A stretch of 64,000 nt of DNA from Anaerolineales bacterium (GCA_019454165.1 CP075367.1:67971-131970); one strand, 5' to 3'; positions 32,441 to 41,640 are shown, counted from the stretch's first letter. Program-made: numbers and translations. The notes: generated by a model not told the origin, from the sequence alone.

Positions 32441-34600
32441 TTAGCGCAACACAGTGAATAGATAGTAGAAGAGACCGCCAAAGGCCACCAGCGCCACCAG
32501 CAGCAGGTACTGCTGCACCGCGCCGGTCTGCACCTTGCGCAGCACCCGGCCGATCGCCGCCGTGCTGTTGGCCGCCCAGTCAGCCACCCCGCTGATCACG
32601 GGGCCTTCGAAGCGGTCACGGAACACCAGGCCCAGGTTGACCGAGTTCTCGGCGACCCAATGCAGCACGCCGTCGATCACCTTGCGGTCCAGGAACCAGT
32701 ACGAGAACTTCTCGGCGATCACACCTGCCGGGCGGATGAACACCCTGGTATACAGCTCGTCAAAGTAGTACTTGTTCTCCAGCAGGGTATACAGCGGGCC
32801 TAATGGCTTGCGCAGCGGGTCCTCGGCGCCGGCCTTGCGGTACACCAGATACCCGAGGCCAAGACCGCCCAGCGCTACGCCCAGCGAGATCCCCAGCGGG
32901 ATCCAGCTGAAGTCGGGCGCATGCGGGTGCTCCAGCAGGCTGCTGCCCACAAAATCGTGGAACCAGTTGGGCAGCAGACCGCCGATCACCGGAAAATGTT
33001 CCGGGATGCCAACCCAACCAGCGATGATGGCGAACACAGACAGCACCATCAGCGGGCCGGTCATCACCAGTTTGTTTTCGCTGGCGTGGTCAGCTGCCTT
33101 GGTGCGCGGTGCGCCAAAGAAGGTCAGCGTGATCTGGCGCATGGTGTAGAACGCCGTCAGCAGCGCCGCCAGCGACAGAGTGATCAGCAAAGCATAGTGG
33201 TGGTTGGCGAACGCGTCCGCCAGAATTTCGTCTTTCGACCAGAAGCCAGACGTGATCAGCGGGAAACCGGACAGCGCAAAGCCGCCGATGAGGAAGGTCC
33301 AGAACGTGATCGGCATCTTCTTCTTCAGGCCGCCCATGTTGAACATGTCCTGCGGGTCCACATGCTCACCGGTGTGCAGCACACCGTGCTCCATACCGTG
33401 AATGACCGAGCCAGACCCCAGGAACAGCAGCGCCTTGAAGAAGGCGTGCGTCACCAGGTGGAACGCGGCCGCCACATACGCGCCAATGCCCAGCGCCGCG
33501 ATCATGAAGCCCAGCTGGCTGATCGTCGAATACGCCAGCACGCGCTTGATGTCCTTCTGCGCCACTGCGATCGTGGCTGCGAAAATAGCCGTGAATGCGC
33601 CAATGAACGCCATCACCGTCATGGTGGTGGTCAGCGGGTCGCCGTGGTGCCAGCCCGCCGAGAGCAGCGGGAACATGCGCAGCACCATGTACACACCGGC
33701 CGACACCATCGTGGCCGCATGGATCATGGCCGAGACCGGGGTCGGGCCTTCCATCGCGTCCGGCAGCCACACGTGCAGCGGCCACTGGGCTGACTTGCCC
33801 ACCGTGCCGATGAACAGCAGCAGGCCGATCAGGCCCGCAGCCGAGAGCCCCATCACACCGCTGGGCGAACTGGCCAGCATGTGCAAAACATTCTCATTGC
33901 GCAAAATTTCGTGGAAGTTCAGCGTGCCGGTGGCCGAGTACAGCGCCACGATACCCAACAGCATGAACACATCACCGATACGGGTGGTCAGGAACGCTTT
34001 CTTGGCCGCATCCCGCGCCGAGGGCTTGGCATACCAGAAGCCGATCAGCAGATACGAGCACAGGCCCATGATCTCCCAACCCACGAACAGTGTCAGCAGA
34101 TTGTCAGACACCACCAGGGTGTACATGCCGAAGGCGAACAGGGCAATGAAGGCAAAGAAGCGCGAGTACATCGGCTCCACTGAGGGCACATGGTGGCCGT
34201 GGTCCTCAGCGCCATGCGGCGGCAGGCCCGGCTTGTCATGATCGCCCTTGGGCGCGCCGAAGTTGTGATAGCCGATGCTATAGATGAAGATCATCAGCAC
34301 GGTCCACGCCACAAAGAACAGCACGGCCGCGCTCAGCGGGTCGATCATCACGCCGATATTAAAGAAGGTCTCGCCCGTCGGCAGCCAGGCGATCGCCGAA
34401 TGGAACGGGTGCTCGCCAAAGTGGTCGATCCCGACCGCGGCGAAGAACACCAGCATGCCGAGAAGCCACGAGGTGGCCGCAGCAACAACGCCCACCGTAT
34501 GGCTGAGGGCATTGTTCTTGCGCGTGAACAGCAGGATCAGAAAGAACGCCAGCAGCGGCGGGAGCGGAATAAGCCAGATCAAAGTTTCAGTCGGCATCAC
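32441..34600 (-). CDS. nuoL: NADH-quinone oxidoreductase subunit L (extended, 719 aa)
   Basis: HVWLPDAMEGPTPVSAMIHAATMVSAGVYM, and a C-terminal lateral-helix region KYYFDELY...IDG...QTGAVQQY plus a final TM helix. Confidence 0.93.
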   Translation of the reverse strand: MMPTETLIWLIPLPPLLAFFLILLFTRKNNALSHTVGVVAAATSWLLGMLVFFAAVGIDHFGEHPFHSAIAWLPTGETFFNIGVMIDPLSAAVLFFVAWTVLMIFIYSIGYHNFGAPKGDHDKPGLPPHGAEDHGHHVPSVEPMYSRFFAFIALFAFGMYTLVVSDNLLTLFVGWEIMGLCSYLLIGFWYAKPSARDAAKKAFLTTRIGDVFMLLGIVALYSATGTLNFHEILRNENVLHMLASSPSGVMGLSAAGLIGLLLFIGTVGKSAQWPLHVWLPDAMEGPTPVSAMIHAATMVSAGVYMVLRMFPLLSAGWHHGDPLTTTMTVMAFIGAFTAIFAATIAVAQKDIKRVLAYSTISQLGFMIAALGIGAYVAAAFHLVTHAFFKALLFLGSGSVIHGMEHGVLHTGEHVDPQDMFNMGGLKKKMPITFWTFLIGGFALSGFPLITSGFWSKDEILADAFANHHYALLITLSLAALLTAFYTMRQITLTFFGAPRTKAADHASENKLVMTGPLMVLSVFAIIAGWVGIPEHFPVIGGLLPNWFHDFVGSSLLEHPHAPDFSWIPLGISLGVALGGLGLGYLVYRKAGAEDPLRKPLGPLYTLLENKYYFDELYTRVFIRPAGVIAEKFSYWFLDRKVIDGVLHWVAENSVNLGLVFRDRFEGPVISGVADWAANSTAAIGRVLRKVQTGAVQQYLLLVALVAFGGLFYYLFTVLR

Positions 34601-34909
34601 TTACCACTTCATCAAGTTGATTTCGTCCGCAGCCACGGTCTTGCGGCGGCGGTAGATGGAAATAACCAGGGCCAGACCCACCGCCACTTCAGCCGCGGCG
34701 ATGGCAAATACGATCACCACAAACGCGTGCGCAGCGATCAGGTCAGGCGTGAAATAGCGCCAAAAAGCCACCAGGTTGATGTTCACGGCGTTGAGCATCA
34801 GCTCCACGCCCATCAAAATAGCCACGGCATTCTTGCGGGCCAGCACACCATACAGGCCGATGCAGAACAGCAGGGCGGCCAGCACCAGGTACCAGGAAAG
34901 CGGGATCAT
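34601..34909 (-). CDS. nuoK: NADH-quinone oxidoreductase subunit K
   Basis: 102 aa, 3 TM helices, GVELMLNAVN and AAAEVAVGLA motifs. Confidence 0.93.
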   Translation of the reverse strand: MIPLSWYLVLAALLFCIGLYGVLARKNAVAILMGVELMLNAVNINLVAFWRYFTPDLIAAHAFVVIVFAIAAAEVAVGLALVISIYRRRKTVAADEINLMKW

Positions 34910-34917
34910 AGCGTCGC

Positions 34918-35433
34918 TTACTTACCTTTCTTCTGCGGGCGGGCCACCATCAGCGCGCCCACCAGGGCCGCCAACAGCAATACCGAAGCCACTTCGAACG
35001 GAATAACAAAGCCTTCGGGGGAGACCAGGGCCACGCCCAGCTCAGCCGCCAGATCGCGGCTGGTGTCGATCTCGCCCGCCAGGCTGGCCACCGCCGGCCA
35101 CTGGCCGATCAAGATGATCAGGCCAAAAGCGAACAGGGCCGCCAGCACCAGCGCCCAGCCGTAGTTCTTGTTCACCGGCGCTTCTTCAATAACATCGCCG
35201 CGGGTAAGCATCACGGCGAAGATCATGATGATCGAGATCGCGCCGATGTACACCAGCACCTGCACCACCGCCAGGAAACCTGCATCCAGCAGCACAAAGA
35301 TGATCGAGACGCCGAACAGCGCCAGGATCAGGTAAAAGGCGGCGTGCACCAGGTTCTGGCGCGTCACCATCATGAAAGCCGCCCACAAGATCAGGCCGGC
35401 CGTGAAAAGAAAAACACCTTGCATTGCAGTCAT
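34918..35433 (-). CDS. nuoJ: NADH-quinone oxidoreductase subunit J
   Basis: 171 aa, VHAAFYLILALFGVS...VQVLVYIGAISIIMIF. Confidence 0.9.
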   Translation of the reverse strand: MTAMQGVFLFTAGLILWAAFMMVTRQNLVHAAFYLILALFGVSIIFVLLDAGFLAVVQVLVYIGAISIIMIFAVMLTRGDVIEEAPVNKNYGWALVLAALFAFGLIILIGQWPAVASLAGEIDTSRDLAAELGVALVSPEGFVIPFEVASVLLLAALVGALMVARPQKKGK

Positions 35434-35460
35434 GCGTTTGGCTCCATCACAAAAGGCACG

Positions 35461-36651
35461 TTACGGCTGGACCGCACGGGCCTCTGGGCGTTTCTTGAAG
35501 ACTTGGCGCTCGCGGCGTGCCTTGCGAGACATCATGCGCAGCAGGGCCCAGCTCAGCACCAGCACCACCAGATTGCCGGCCAGCAAAGCCGGCACACGCA
35601 GGGCGGTCTCGGCGAATAGCTTGTCCAGCACCGCCGTGGTGATCAGCAAAGCCAGCGAGACGGGCGTAAGCACCTTCCAGTTCAGGTCCAGCATGTGGTC
35701 AATGCGGATGCGCGGCAGCGTGCTGCGCACCCACATCACAATGAAATAGCCAATGCTCGACTTCGCCATCAGGTACACCACACCCAGAATCGGATACTGC
35801 TCCGCGCCCGGGCCGCGCCAGCCGCCCAGATACAGAATGGCGAACAGCACACCCACCGTGAACGCATGCAAAAATTCAGCCGCAAAGAACAGACCGAATT
35901 TCATGCCGGTGTATTCAGTGTGATAGCCGGCCACAATTTCAGACTCGGCTTCGATAAGGTCAAAGGGAGTGCGGCCAACCTCAGCGATCGAGGACACCAA
36001 AAAGATGATGCCCGCCACCGGGGCCAGCGCAATGAACCAGGTGCTCTGCGTCTCCACCACGGTCATCATGCCCATGCTGCGCGCCAGCAGCACCGGCACC
36101 AGCAGGGTCAGCAGCATCGGCACTTCGTAAGAGATCAGCTGCGCCACGGCGCGGAAGGCGCCGAGCAGCGCGTACTTGTTGTTGGAAGCCCAGCCCGCCA
36201 TCAGGATCGAGAGGATGCCGAACGAGCCCACCGCCGCGATGTACAGCACGCCTACGTTCAGGTCGGTGCCGATCCAACCCGGGGCAAATGGAATGACAGC
36301 CCAAATCAGCAGCACCGCGATCATCGAGACGATCGGGGCCAGGTTGAAGGTCAGCTTGTCCGCCTTCTCAGGGATGCTGTCTTCCTTAGTAAGCAGTTTT
36401 ACGATGTCAGCGATTGTCTGCAGCAAGCCATACGGGCCGGCCCGGTTAGGGCCAATGCGGTCCTGGAAGCGGGCCGCCACTTTGCGCTCCAGCCAGATCA
36501 GGAAGATCACCAGGATCAAGCCGAAGGACGAGACCACCACCACACCAATGATCGTGCTGATCAGGGTGGCCCACGCCTCGGGCAGCAGATCAGCCAGCAG
36601 GCCGGTCAGCCACTCGTTTGCTACAAGGATCGGGTTGCTCCAAAAAGACAT
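35461..36651 (-). CDS. nuoH: NADH-quinone oxidoreductase subunit H
   Basis: ERKVAARFQDRIGPNRAGPYGLLQ, GRTPFDLIEAESEIVAGYHTEY. Confidence 0.94.
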   Translation of the reverse strand: MSFWSNPILVANEWLTGLLADLLPEAWATLISTIIGVVVVSSFGLILVIFLIWLERKVAARFQDRIGPNRAGPYGLLQTIADIVKLLTKEDSIPEKADKLTFNLAPIVSMIAVLLIWAVIPFAPGWIGTDLNVGVLYIAAVGSFGILSILMAGWASNNKYALLGAFRAVAQLISYEVPMLLTLLVPVLLARSMGMMTVVETQSTWFIALAPVAGIIFLVSSIAEVGRTPFDLIEAESEIVAGYHTEYTGMKFGLFFAAEFLHAFTVGVLFAILYLGGWRGPGAEQYPILGVVYLMAKSSIGYFIVMWVRSTLPRIRIDHMLDLNWKVLTPVSLALLITTAVLDKLFAETALRVPALLAGNLVVLVLSWALLRMMSRKARRERQVFKKRPEARAVQP

Positions 36652-36671
36652 TCGTTATCCTCTATCTGTGC

Positions 36672-36710
36672 AATAAAAAAGGCTGTTAAGCAGAAGCTGC
36701 AGCAGCCTTT
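36672..36710 (-). terminator. Terminator-like hairpin between nuoA and nuoH
   Basis: Minus strand: AAAGGCTG..(GCAG-ctt-CTGC)..CAGCCTTT followed by TTTATT. It overlaps the nuoA stop codon. Confidence 0.35.
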
Positions 36711-37065
36711 AGGACCATTCCAGGGCGCCCTTGCGCCAGGCGTAGAAAAGCCCCCCGGCCAGGATCAGGATGAAGATCACGCCTTCGATCACCGCGAACA
36801 TCGGCAGCACGCCGTAAGCCACCGCCCACGGGTACAAGAACGCAGTTTCAATATCAAAGATCAGGAAAACCAGGCCGTAAATGTAGTACTGCACCTTGAA
36901 CTGCACCCAGGTGTCGCCCACCGTCTCCATACCGCACTCATACGTCTCGAGCTTGATGTGGTTGGGCTTGCTGGGGGCCAGGATCCGCGCAATTACGATC
37001 GGCAAAAGAGGGAAAACTCCCGCAATTGCAACGAACACGCCAATAAAAAGCCAGTTTTGTTCCAT
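36709..37065 (-). CDS. nuoA: NADH-quinone oxidoreductase subunit A
   Basis: 118 aa, 3 TM helices, [12 protein letters not shown]...[16 protein letters not shown]. Confidence 0.93.
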   Translation of the reverse strand: MEQNWLFIGVFVAIAGVFPLLPIVIARILAPSKPNHIKLETYECGMETVGDTWVQFKVQYYIYGLVFLIFDIETAFLYPWAVAYGVLPMFAVIEGVIFILILAGGLFYAWRKGALEWS

Positions 37066-37136
37066 GCGTATTGGGTCTCTTTGTCCTGATTACCGCAAAA
37101 AAGATTCAACTTGCGGCAGATTTACAGATAAACCGC

Positions 37137-37145
37137 ATTGTAACA
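37137..37145 (-). promoter_or_regulatory. Candidate extended -10 promoter element for the nuo cluster
   Basis: Minus strand TGTTACAAT (TGn-TACAAT), about 70 nt upstream of the nuoA ATG. No clear -35. Confidence 0.3.
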
Positions 37146-37253
37146 CAAGTGCACCGTTTGTGCATCTTTCCGCAATCAAACCCTCAATTCCTTGACGCAC
37201 AGACCCACAAACCCCTCCAACGCTGCAAACTCTGTATATTCCGGCCAACCAAC

Positions 37254-37599
37254 TCCCCCCTCTCCTTTATAAGGGAGGGGCCGGGGGTGAGGGCAAAAGG
37301 AGAAGCAATGAACAAACCACCAGATATCTTTTCAGTTGCACCCCATACCCCCACCCGCTTAACGAACAACATCTTTTCCGCCTTGCGATGCTTAGGCTTG
37401 CCTGAGCAGGCGCAGTGCTCTATCCGCGGCGCAGCAATCCCCAAGCCTCTATATGGACTTGGGCAGGAACTCCCGCGCCGCGGAGCGGGCACAGCAATCC
37501 TGTCGCTCGCTCACCGGAGTTTGCGCAGCAAACTCCCGCGCCGCGGGCGCAGCAAGTCAGTGCAGGCGCAAAGTTGTTAGTTGTTAGTAGTTGTTAGTG
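37254..37599. repeat. Cluster of degenerate GC-rich direct repeats plus (GTTGTTAGT)3 microsatellite
   Basis: AACTCCCGCGCCGCGG at 37468 and 37531. CGCGG..GC(G/A)CAGCAA(T/G) occurs three times. CCCCCTCTCCTTTATAAGGGAGGGGCCGGGGGTGAGGG at 37254. GTTGTTAGT-TGTTAGTA-GTTGTTAGT at 37573-37599. Confidence 0.7.
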
Positions 37600-37707
37600 A
37601 ACACCCCCACCCCACCAAAACATAATAACTTTTGGCGGGGGCGAAAGCGGCTGGGCTATACTTCCATTATTCGAAGTATCCCTAGAACGCATCAAGGAGC
37701 GAACAGA

Positions 37708-39288
37708 ATGTCAAAACCGGGCGAATTCAGACTCACCTATGCCACCATGTATGACCCCCCGGAGGATCTGCATACCCGCTTCGAGGCCGCCATTGCCAAA
37801 GTAAAAGGCAACCTGGGCCAGGAGCACCCTATGTTCATCAACGGCAAAGATGTGCGCGCCGCCGCCAAGTTCGAAGATCGCTCCCCCATCAACACTGACT
37901 GGCTGCTCGGCACCTTCCAGGAAGCCACCGCCGCCGAAGTCGCCCCCGCCATGGAGGCGGCCTACGCCGCCTCCAAAGACTGGGGCCGCCGCCCTTGGCA
38001 GGAGCGAGTCGCCCTCGTGCGCAAAGCGGCCGACCTCATCACCGAGCGCATCTTTGACCTCGCCGCCGTCGTCTCCATCGAGGTTGGCAAGAACCGCATG
38101 GAAGCCCTCGGTGACGTGTCCGAAGCGGCCGACTTCTTCTATTTCGCCTGTGACCAGATGGAAGCCAACAACGGCTACATCAAGCCCATGGGCGTAGACC
38201 CGCTCAAAGGCTACAAGGCCACCAACACCAACCGCCTGCGCCCTTACGGGGTCTGGGTCGTCATTAGCCCCTTCAACTTCCCCTTCGCCCTCACCGCCGG
38301 CCCGGCCGGCACTGCACTGGTCGCCGGCAACACCGTCGTCATGAAGCCGGCCGAGGACACTCCCTGGGCCTCGCGCCTGCTGGCCGAGGTCTTCCGTGAT
38401 GCCGGCTTCCCCGATGGCGTGGTCAACTACGTCACCGGTGACGGCGCCGTCGCCGGCCAGGCCCTGGTGGATGATCCCCGCACGGCCGGGCTCACCTTCA
38501 CCGGCTCCTACGATGTAGGCATGCACATCTACCGCACCTTTGCCAACGGGCGCTACCCGCGCCCCATCCTGCTTGAGATGGGTGGCAAGAACCCCGTCAT
38601 CATCTCCCGCAATGCCGATCTGGAGCGCGCCACCCAGGGCCTCTACCGCTCGGCCTTCGGCCTGCAGGGCCAAAAGTGCTCGGCCGGCTCGCGCATCTAT
38701 ATTGAAGAGCCGGTCTACGATGCGCTGCTTGAGAAGCTGGTCTCCGTCACCAAGACCCTCAAGATCGGCGACCCCACCCTCAAAGACACCTTCATGGGTC
38801 CCGTCATCAACCAGGGCGCCTACAACAACTACAAGGGCTGGGCTGAGGATCTCTCCCAGAACGGCGCCATCGCCACCGGCGGCCGCGTCCTCACCGAGGG
38901 CGAGCTGGGCAAGGGCTACTTCTGCGAACCCACCATCGTCACGGATGTGCCCACCAGCCACAAGCTCTGGAAGCAGGAGATGTTCCTACCCATCACCCTG
39001 GTGCACAAGATCAAAAGCCTGGACGAGGGCATGGCCCTCGCCAACGATGTTGACTTCGGCCTCACCGCCGGCTTCTACGGCAGCGCCGATGAATCCAAGT
39101 GGTTCTTCGAGAACATCGAGGCCGGCGTCACCTACGCCAACCGCCCGCAGGGCGCCAGCACCGGCGCCTGGCCCGGCTTCCAGCCCTTCGGCGGCTGGAA
39201 GGGTTCCGGCTCCTCCGGCAAGGGCGCCGGCGGCCACTACTACCTGCCGCTCTACATGCATGAGCAGACCAACACCGTCATTGAATAA
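37708..39288 (+). CDS. Aldehyde dehydrogenase-family protein, probably L-glutamate gamma-semialdehyde (P5C) dehydrogenase
   Basis: ISPFNFPFAL, LEMGGKNP (catalytic Glu), GQKCSAGSR (catalytic Cys). Length and N-terminus resemble Thermus-type P5CDH. AGGAG SD. Confidence 0.8.
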   Translation: MSKPGEFRLTYATMYDPPEDLHTRFEAAIAKVKGNLGQEHPMFINGKDVRAAAKFEDRSPINTDWLLGTFQEATAAEVAPAMEAAYAASKDWGRRPWQERVALVRKAADLITERIFDLAAVVSIEVGKNRMEALGDVSEAADFFYFACDQMEANNGYIKPMGVDPLKGYKATNTNRLRPYGVWVVISPFNFPFALTAGPAGTALVAGNTVVMKPAEDTPWASRLLAEVFRDAGFPDGVVNYVTGDGAVAGQALVDDPRTAGLTFTGSYDVGMHIYRTFANGRYPRPILLEMGGKNPVIISRNADLERATQGLYRSAFGLQGQKCSAGSRIYIEEPVYDALLEKLVSVTKTLKIGDPTLKDTFMGPVINQGAYNNYKGWAEDLSQNGAIATGGRVLTEGELGKGYFCEPTIVTDVPTSHKLWKQEMFLPITLVHKIKSLDEGMALANDVDFGLTAGFYGSADESKWFFENIEAGVTYANRPQGASTGAWPGFQPFGGWKGSGSSGKGAGGHYYLPLYMHEQTNTVIE

Positions 39289-39324
39289 CCCCGCGGGCTC
39301 TCTCCGCACGCAGCATTCGCATTC

Positions 39325-39362
39325 GTACTGGCGCAGCCTCGGCTGCGCCAGTACACTTTTCT
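39325..39362 (+). terminator. Rho-independent terminator after the dehydrogenase gene
   Basis: 14-bp stem GTACTGGCGCAGCC/GGCTGCGCCAGTAC, then ACTTTTCT. Confidence 0.7.
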
Positions 39363-39393
39363 GCAACCCGCTCACAAGAAAGAACCTGCTACG

Positions 39394-40875
39394 ATGCACA
39401 AGACCCCACGCGCCATAGCCTGGGCGCTCAGCGCACTGCTGCTCAGCAGCCTGGCCTGCACGACCCTGCTCGGCGAACCCGAAGCCGAGCGCGACTACGA
39501 GCTGGACCTGCGCCCCACCCAGCCGCCAACCCAGCCAGCCCCGGCCGTGCTGACTCAGCGCCTTGACGGCCTGCAGTTGCTGCCTGACCTGGCCCTGGCC
39601 CCGCCGGCCCGCAGCCCTAACGACTCCGACCGCCCGCGGCTCAGCGGCGTCATGTACGTCTTGGATACCCAGAACTTCCGCATCCACTACACCCGTGAGG
39701 GTGAAGACGCCGTGCCGCCCGCCCAAACCACAGATAGCGGCCATCCGGACTACGTGATCGAGGTCGCCCGCGCCATGGAGTATTCCTGGTTCGCCTCCAT
39801 CGACCATTTCGGCTGGGCGCCGCCCCCGCCAGACTTCGGCCTGGGCGGCGATGACCGCTACGACGTCTATCTCATGAACATCATGGACGAAGACTATGCC
39901 GGCTATACCGACTCGGACTATGACGATCCGGTCATCGGTGACAACCCCAACAGCCCGCTGGTCGAGCTGGCCTCGACCCATACCCACCTCGTGCTCGATA
40001 ACGACTATCTTGAGGATTACGACTACAACGAAGATGGCACTTACCCCATCGCCGGGCTGAATTACATGCGCAGTACCGCCGCCCACGAGTTCCACCATGC
40101 CATCCAGTTCGGCTACGATGGCGAAGAGCCGCACGATTGGGTTTGGGAAGCTACATCCACCTGGATCGAAGAGGAGTTGTTCAACAGCGTCAACGACCCG
40201 GTATACACGCTCGACTCTGTAATGAAGTCGCCCGACTCGTGCCAGCTGGCCGAAGGCGGTGAAGTCCACGACGATGATCTTGACCGCTGGTACGGCATGT
40301 GGATCTTCATGCGCCACCTCTCCGAGCAATATGGGCACGGCATCGTGCTGCGCCTGTGGGAGCACATCATCGAGCTGGACGGATACGCCGCCTGGGATGC
40401 AGTGCTGGCAGAGTACGGCACCACCCTTGAAGATGTCTTTCTCGATTACAGCATCGTCCTGTTGACGCGTGACTTTGAAGAGGGGTTGCGCTATCCCACT
40501 GTCGCGCTCGAAGGGACTGCCAACCTCAATGAATGGTTCGTGTCCACCACCGGAGTTCACCAACTCGGCGCGGACTACATATCCCTGCCCTTCCAAGAAA
40601 CCATCACCGTCACCCTGGAGGCCGAAGGCATGCTCGGCGCCGTCGTGGGTATCACCGAAGGCCGGAGCTATATCTACCCCCTATGGGATGGCGAGCTCAG
40701 CCTCGACAGCCGTTGGCATGAGCGCACCTATCTGGTTGTGATGAACATGGAGCGCGCCGTCAACGCCCGCAACTGTTTCAGCAGCGACTATTCGGTCTTC
40801 GTCATCGGCGGCGGCAGCCCGCAGGAGCCCGAGTGGAGCCTGGCAGCCTCTAACTTTCAGCCGCCGCGTCCATAA
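39394..40875 (+). CDS. Secreted lipoprotein, putative zinc metallopeptidase (HExxH)
   Basis: Signal peptide with lipobox SSLAC; STAAHEFHHAIQFGYD contains HExxH. Confidence 0.6.
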   Translation: MHKTPRAIAWALSALLLSSLACTTLLGEPEAERDYELDLRPTQPPTQPAPAVLTQRLDGLQLLPDLALAPPARSPNDSDRPRLSGVMYVLDTQNFRIHYTREGEDAVPPAQTTDSGHPDYVIEVARAMEYSWFASIDHFGWAPPPPDFGLGGDDRYDVYLMNIMDEDYAGYTDSDYDDPVIGDNPNSPLVELASTHTHLVLDNDYLEDYDYNEDGTYPIAGLNYMRSTAAHEFHHAIQFGYDGEEPHDWVWEATSTWIEEELFNSVNDPVYTLDSVMKSPDSCQLAEGGEVHDDDLDRWYGMWIFMRHLSEQYGHGIVLRLWEHIIELDGYAAWDAVLAEYGTTLEDVFLDYSIVLLTRDFEEGLRYPTVALEGTANLNEWFVSTTGVHQLGADYISLPFQETITVTLEAEGMLGAVVGITEGRSYIYPLWDGELSLDSRWHERTYLVVMNMERAVNARNCFSSDYSVFVIGGGSPQEPEWSLAASNFQPPRP

Positions 40876-40958
40876 AATGACCTGGGCATGAGAGAATCTT
40901 TAACTGCTTTTACGGGCGATATAATCCCTGCCTTACGCCAAAAATTCGAGGTGCAGTT

Positions 40959-41624
40959 GTGAGAAATTCGAAACAAATTCTGGTCACGATCCTGTTGGCA
41001 GGCGCGGTTCTCCTCAGCGCATGCGGCGGCTCTGGCGCCAACACGGATGCCGTGCTGACCGAAGCCGCCCAGATCGCTTTCCAAGCGCTAACTGAGACCG
41101 CCGCGGCCGCACCCCCAACCGCTACCTTCACCCCGGTACCGCCCACCCCCACCTTCACACCTGAACCCCCCACGCCTACGGCTACGCCGGAAGGCGGCGT
41201 CACCCCAACTCCATTCCCCACTCCCGCCCAGGAGCAACCCAGCACCTCCGGCATCCCCTGCCTGCGCGCCAACCTGGAATGGGAATCCCATCCGGATGGC
41301 GTCGAGATCTATGCCAAGATCCCCTTCACCAAGATCTGGCGCCTGAAGAACACCGGCTCTTGCACCTGGAAGCGCGACTTTGCCGCTGTCTGGGTCCAGG
41401 GTGACCTGATCGGCGCTGAAACCGTCGTCGAATTCACCGACCGCGAGATCCCGCCTGGCGACTACGCCATGGTGGAGGTCAGCATGCGCGCCCCTGACCG
41501 CTCTGGCAACTACAAGGGCTACTGGATGCTGCGCGGCGATGGTGTCGTCTTCGGCATCGGCACCAATGCCCGCGAATGGTTCTGGGTCGACATCAAAGTC
41601 CTGCCCATCGCTGAGGAAAACTAA
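40959..41624 (+). CDS. Lipoprotein with Pro/Thr linker and NBR1-FW-like Ig domain
   Basis: Lipobox LSAC, PTPT-rich linker, WRLKNTGSCTWKRDF...PPGDYAMVEVSMRAPDRSGNYKGYWMLR...VFG. GTG start with GAGGTG SD. Confidence 0.6.
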   Translation: MRNSKQILVTILLAGAVLLSACGGSGANTDAVLTEAAQIAFQALTETAAAAPPTATFTPVPPTPTFTPEPPTPTATPEGGVTPTPFPTPAQEQPSTSGIPCLRANLEWESHPDGVEIYAKIPFTKIWRLKNTGSCTWKRDFAAVWVQGDLIGAETVVEFTDREIPPGDYAMVEVSMRAPDRSGNYKGYWMLRGDGVVFGIGTNAREWFWVDIKVLPIAEEN

Positions 41625-41640
41625 CCCTTCCCCGCTAACA

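Noticed and set aside
37071-37580. 169-aa ORF in the nuo/dehydrogenase spacer. Also ORFs 19318..19509, 19431..19640, 23528..23788, 23553..23801 and 14967..15206.
   Set aside because: They simply read through intergenic repeats and hairpins. They have no SD, no coding-like composition, and their sequences are dominated by repeat-derived peptides.
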